This document shows, one piece after another, positions 62,948 to 64,000 of a stretch of 64,000 bases of DNA; position 1 is the stretch's first letter, and each line of letters opens with the position of its first letter. Made by a program: the position numbers and the translations under genes. The notes under the pieces were generated by a model, which ran no database searches, was not told the origin of the DNA, and was given only the letters and a program-made list of their open reading frames with translations. Where the stretch lies: NCBI GenBank assembly GCA_003222305.1, contig QHVQ01000010.1, positions 369-64,368 of the forward strand. Reading direction: 5' to 3'. Source of the stretch: Acidobacteriota bacterium. Lineage in GTDB: Bacteria > Acidobacteriota > Polarisedimenticolia > Gp22-AA2 > AA152.

Positions 62948-64000
62948 ATGAGTTTCTCGGATCTGGTTTTTTGGAGTTGCGCAACACTGACGCTGTACAC
63001 CTACGTCGGCTATCCGCTCCTTCTCGCCGCATCGACCGCAGGGCGGTACCGGAAAGGCGACGGCGAGTCCGTAGACCCGGGTTGGGAATCGCCTCCTGTC
63101 TCCATGATCATTCCCGCCTACAACGAGGAACAGGTCATCGCCCGGAAGATTCAGAACAGCCTCGAACTGGACTATCCAGCGGCGAAGCTGGAGATCGTCG
63201 TGGTCTCCGACGGGTCCATCGATGCGACCGAGAAGATGGCGCGGGAAGCCGCCGGCCAGCGGGTCCGGTTGGTGTTTCGTGCGGACCATCAAGGAAAAAC
63301 CGCCTGCATCAACGCCGTGCTTCCGGGGCTTTCCGGAGAGATTGTCGTGTTCACCGATGCCAACGCCCTGTTCTTTCCTGACGCCATGCGCCGGCTGGCC
63401 GCGCCGTTTTGCGATTCCAGCATCGGATGCGTCATGGGTGAACTCCAGTACCGACGTGAGGACTCACTGAATTCCTCGCTCGGGGAAGGCTTGTACTGGA
63501 GATACGAGAATTTCATCAAGGAGCGGGAGAGCCGCCTGGGCTCCACCATCGTGGGGAACGGCGCCATTTATGCGATGCGCCGAAGTCTCTGCCGCTCGTT
63601 GCCGCTCCAGGTCGAAGCCGACGTGGCCAACCCTCTGCTGGCCCTCCGCGCCGGATCCCGGGTCGTCTTCGAGCGCCGAGCGCGCTGCTGGGAGCGGGCC
63701 GCAGGGACCGTGCGGGAGGAGTTCGGCCGCAAGACCCGCATCATCACCAACCAGATCGTCACCTATCTTTGCGGCTCGCGGGATTGGGCCCCGCTCTCGG
63801 TCGGAGCAGCATTTCAAATCACCTCCCACAAGGTGCTACGCTGGCTTGTGCCGCTGTTCCTGGTGGGGATGTTCCTCGCCAGCGCCGTCGAGGCGGAAGC
63901 GTCAGCGACCTTTCGATGGCTTCTGGCCTTCCAAGGAGCGTTCTACCTCCTGGCGGTGGGGGGCTGGCTCTGGGAGAGCCTGGGGGGCCAGGTGCCCCGG
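62948..64000 (+). CDS. membrane-bound GT2 glycosyltransferase (CESA-like); the 3' end runs off the right edge
   Basis: My own translation from ATG 62948: MSFSDLVFWSCATLTLYTYVGYPLLL...VSMIIPAYNEE...VVVSDGSIDAT...VVFTDANALF...GNGAIYAMRR...FGRKTRI..., followed by C-terminal TM helices. It is absent from the ORF track because no stop lies in the window. Confidence 0.8.
   Translation, partial: MSFSDLVFWSCATLTLYTYVGYPLLLAASTAGRYRKGDGESVDPGWESPPVSMIIPAYNEEQVIARKIQNSLELDYPAAKLEIVVVSDGSIDATEKMAREAAGQRVRLVFRADHQGKTACINAVLPGLSGEIVVFTDANALFFPDAMRRLAAPFCDSSIGCVMGELQYRREDSLNSSLGEGLYWRYENFIKERESRLGSTIVGNGAIYAMRRSLCRSLPLQVEADVANPLLALRAGSRVVFERRARCWERAAGTVREEFGRKTRIITNQIVTYLCGSRDWAPLSVGAAFQITSHKVLRWLVPLFLVGMFLASAVEAEASATFRWLLAFQGAFYLLAVGGWLWESLGGQVPR

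Noticed and set aside
1-64000. CRISPR arrays, tRNA/rRNA genes, intact IS elements, prophage or defence-system genes
   Set aside because: All gaps longer than 100 nt were read on both strands. I found no direct-repeat/spacer periodicity, no cloverleaf-like segments and no integrase, terminase or nuclease-helicase cassettes. The only mobile-element trace is the stump at 32829-33068.

Overview
High-GC (spot counts mostly 60-67% G+C) chromosomal segment from a diderm bacterium, as shown by Mla, LpxH and an Omp85-type barrel. My guess of an Acidobacteriota-like lineage is unverified. I found no rRNA, tRNA, CRISPR array or intact mobile element. About 55 genes are tightly packed, many joined by 1-4 nt start/stop overlaps (ATGA, GTGA, TTGA, TGATG) that often use GTG or TTG starts. 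From the left: a truncated sigma-54 activator, holB-tmk, a frameshifted 3-hydroxyacyl-CoA dehydrogenase, and an S2P protease / ICMT / orphan SdhC-like cytochrome b / ribF string. Next come rimO-asnS-EF-G2, an nfo-queE-queC-queA-tgt operon, lpxH-acpS-CDF, a DUF4388 protein, two convergent zinc-ribbon methyltransferases, and gcdH plus a thiolase. Further right are two convergent GT-C-like membrane proteins of contrasting composition beside a transposase remnant, a DUF62 enzyme, a 1061-aa chimeric outer-membrane protein, plsC, hyuAB and mlaEFD. From 44.3 kb to the right edge lies a polysaccharide (EPS/O-antigen-like) locus. The most unusual item is a stop-free 4.5-kb ORF (55921-60465) that fuses a GT4 glycosyltransferase, a MOP flippase and an AsnB-type amidotransferase. 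The amidotransferase nucleophile Cys is internal to that ORF but keeps its own SD-GTG start. Other points worth a second look: an orphan SdhC paralog with one heme-ligand His replaced by Pro, a pseudo-glycosidase/LolA-like/beta-barrel chimera, two small start/stop-coupled bridging ORFs, and an out-of-frame deletion in hbd. All calls come from reading translations and motifs by eye. No searches were run.
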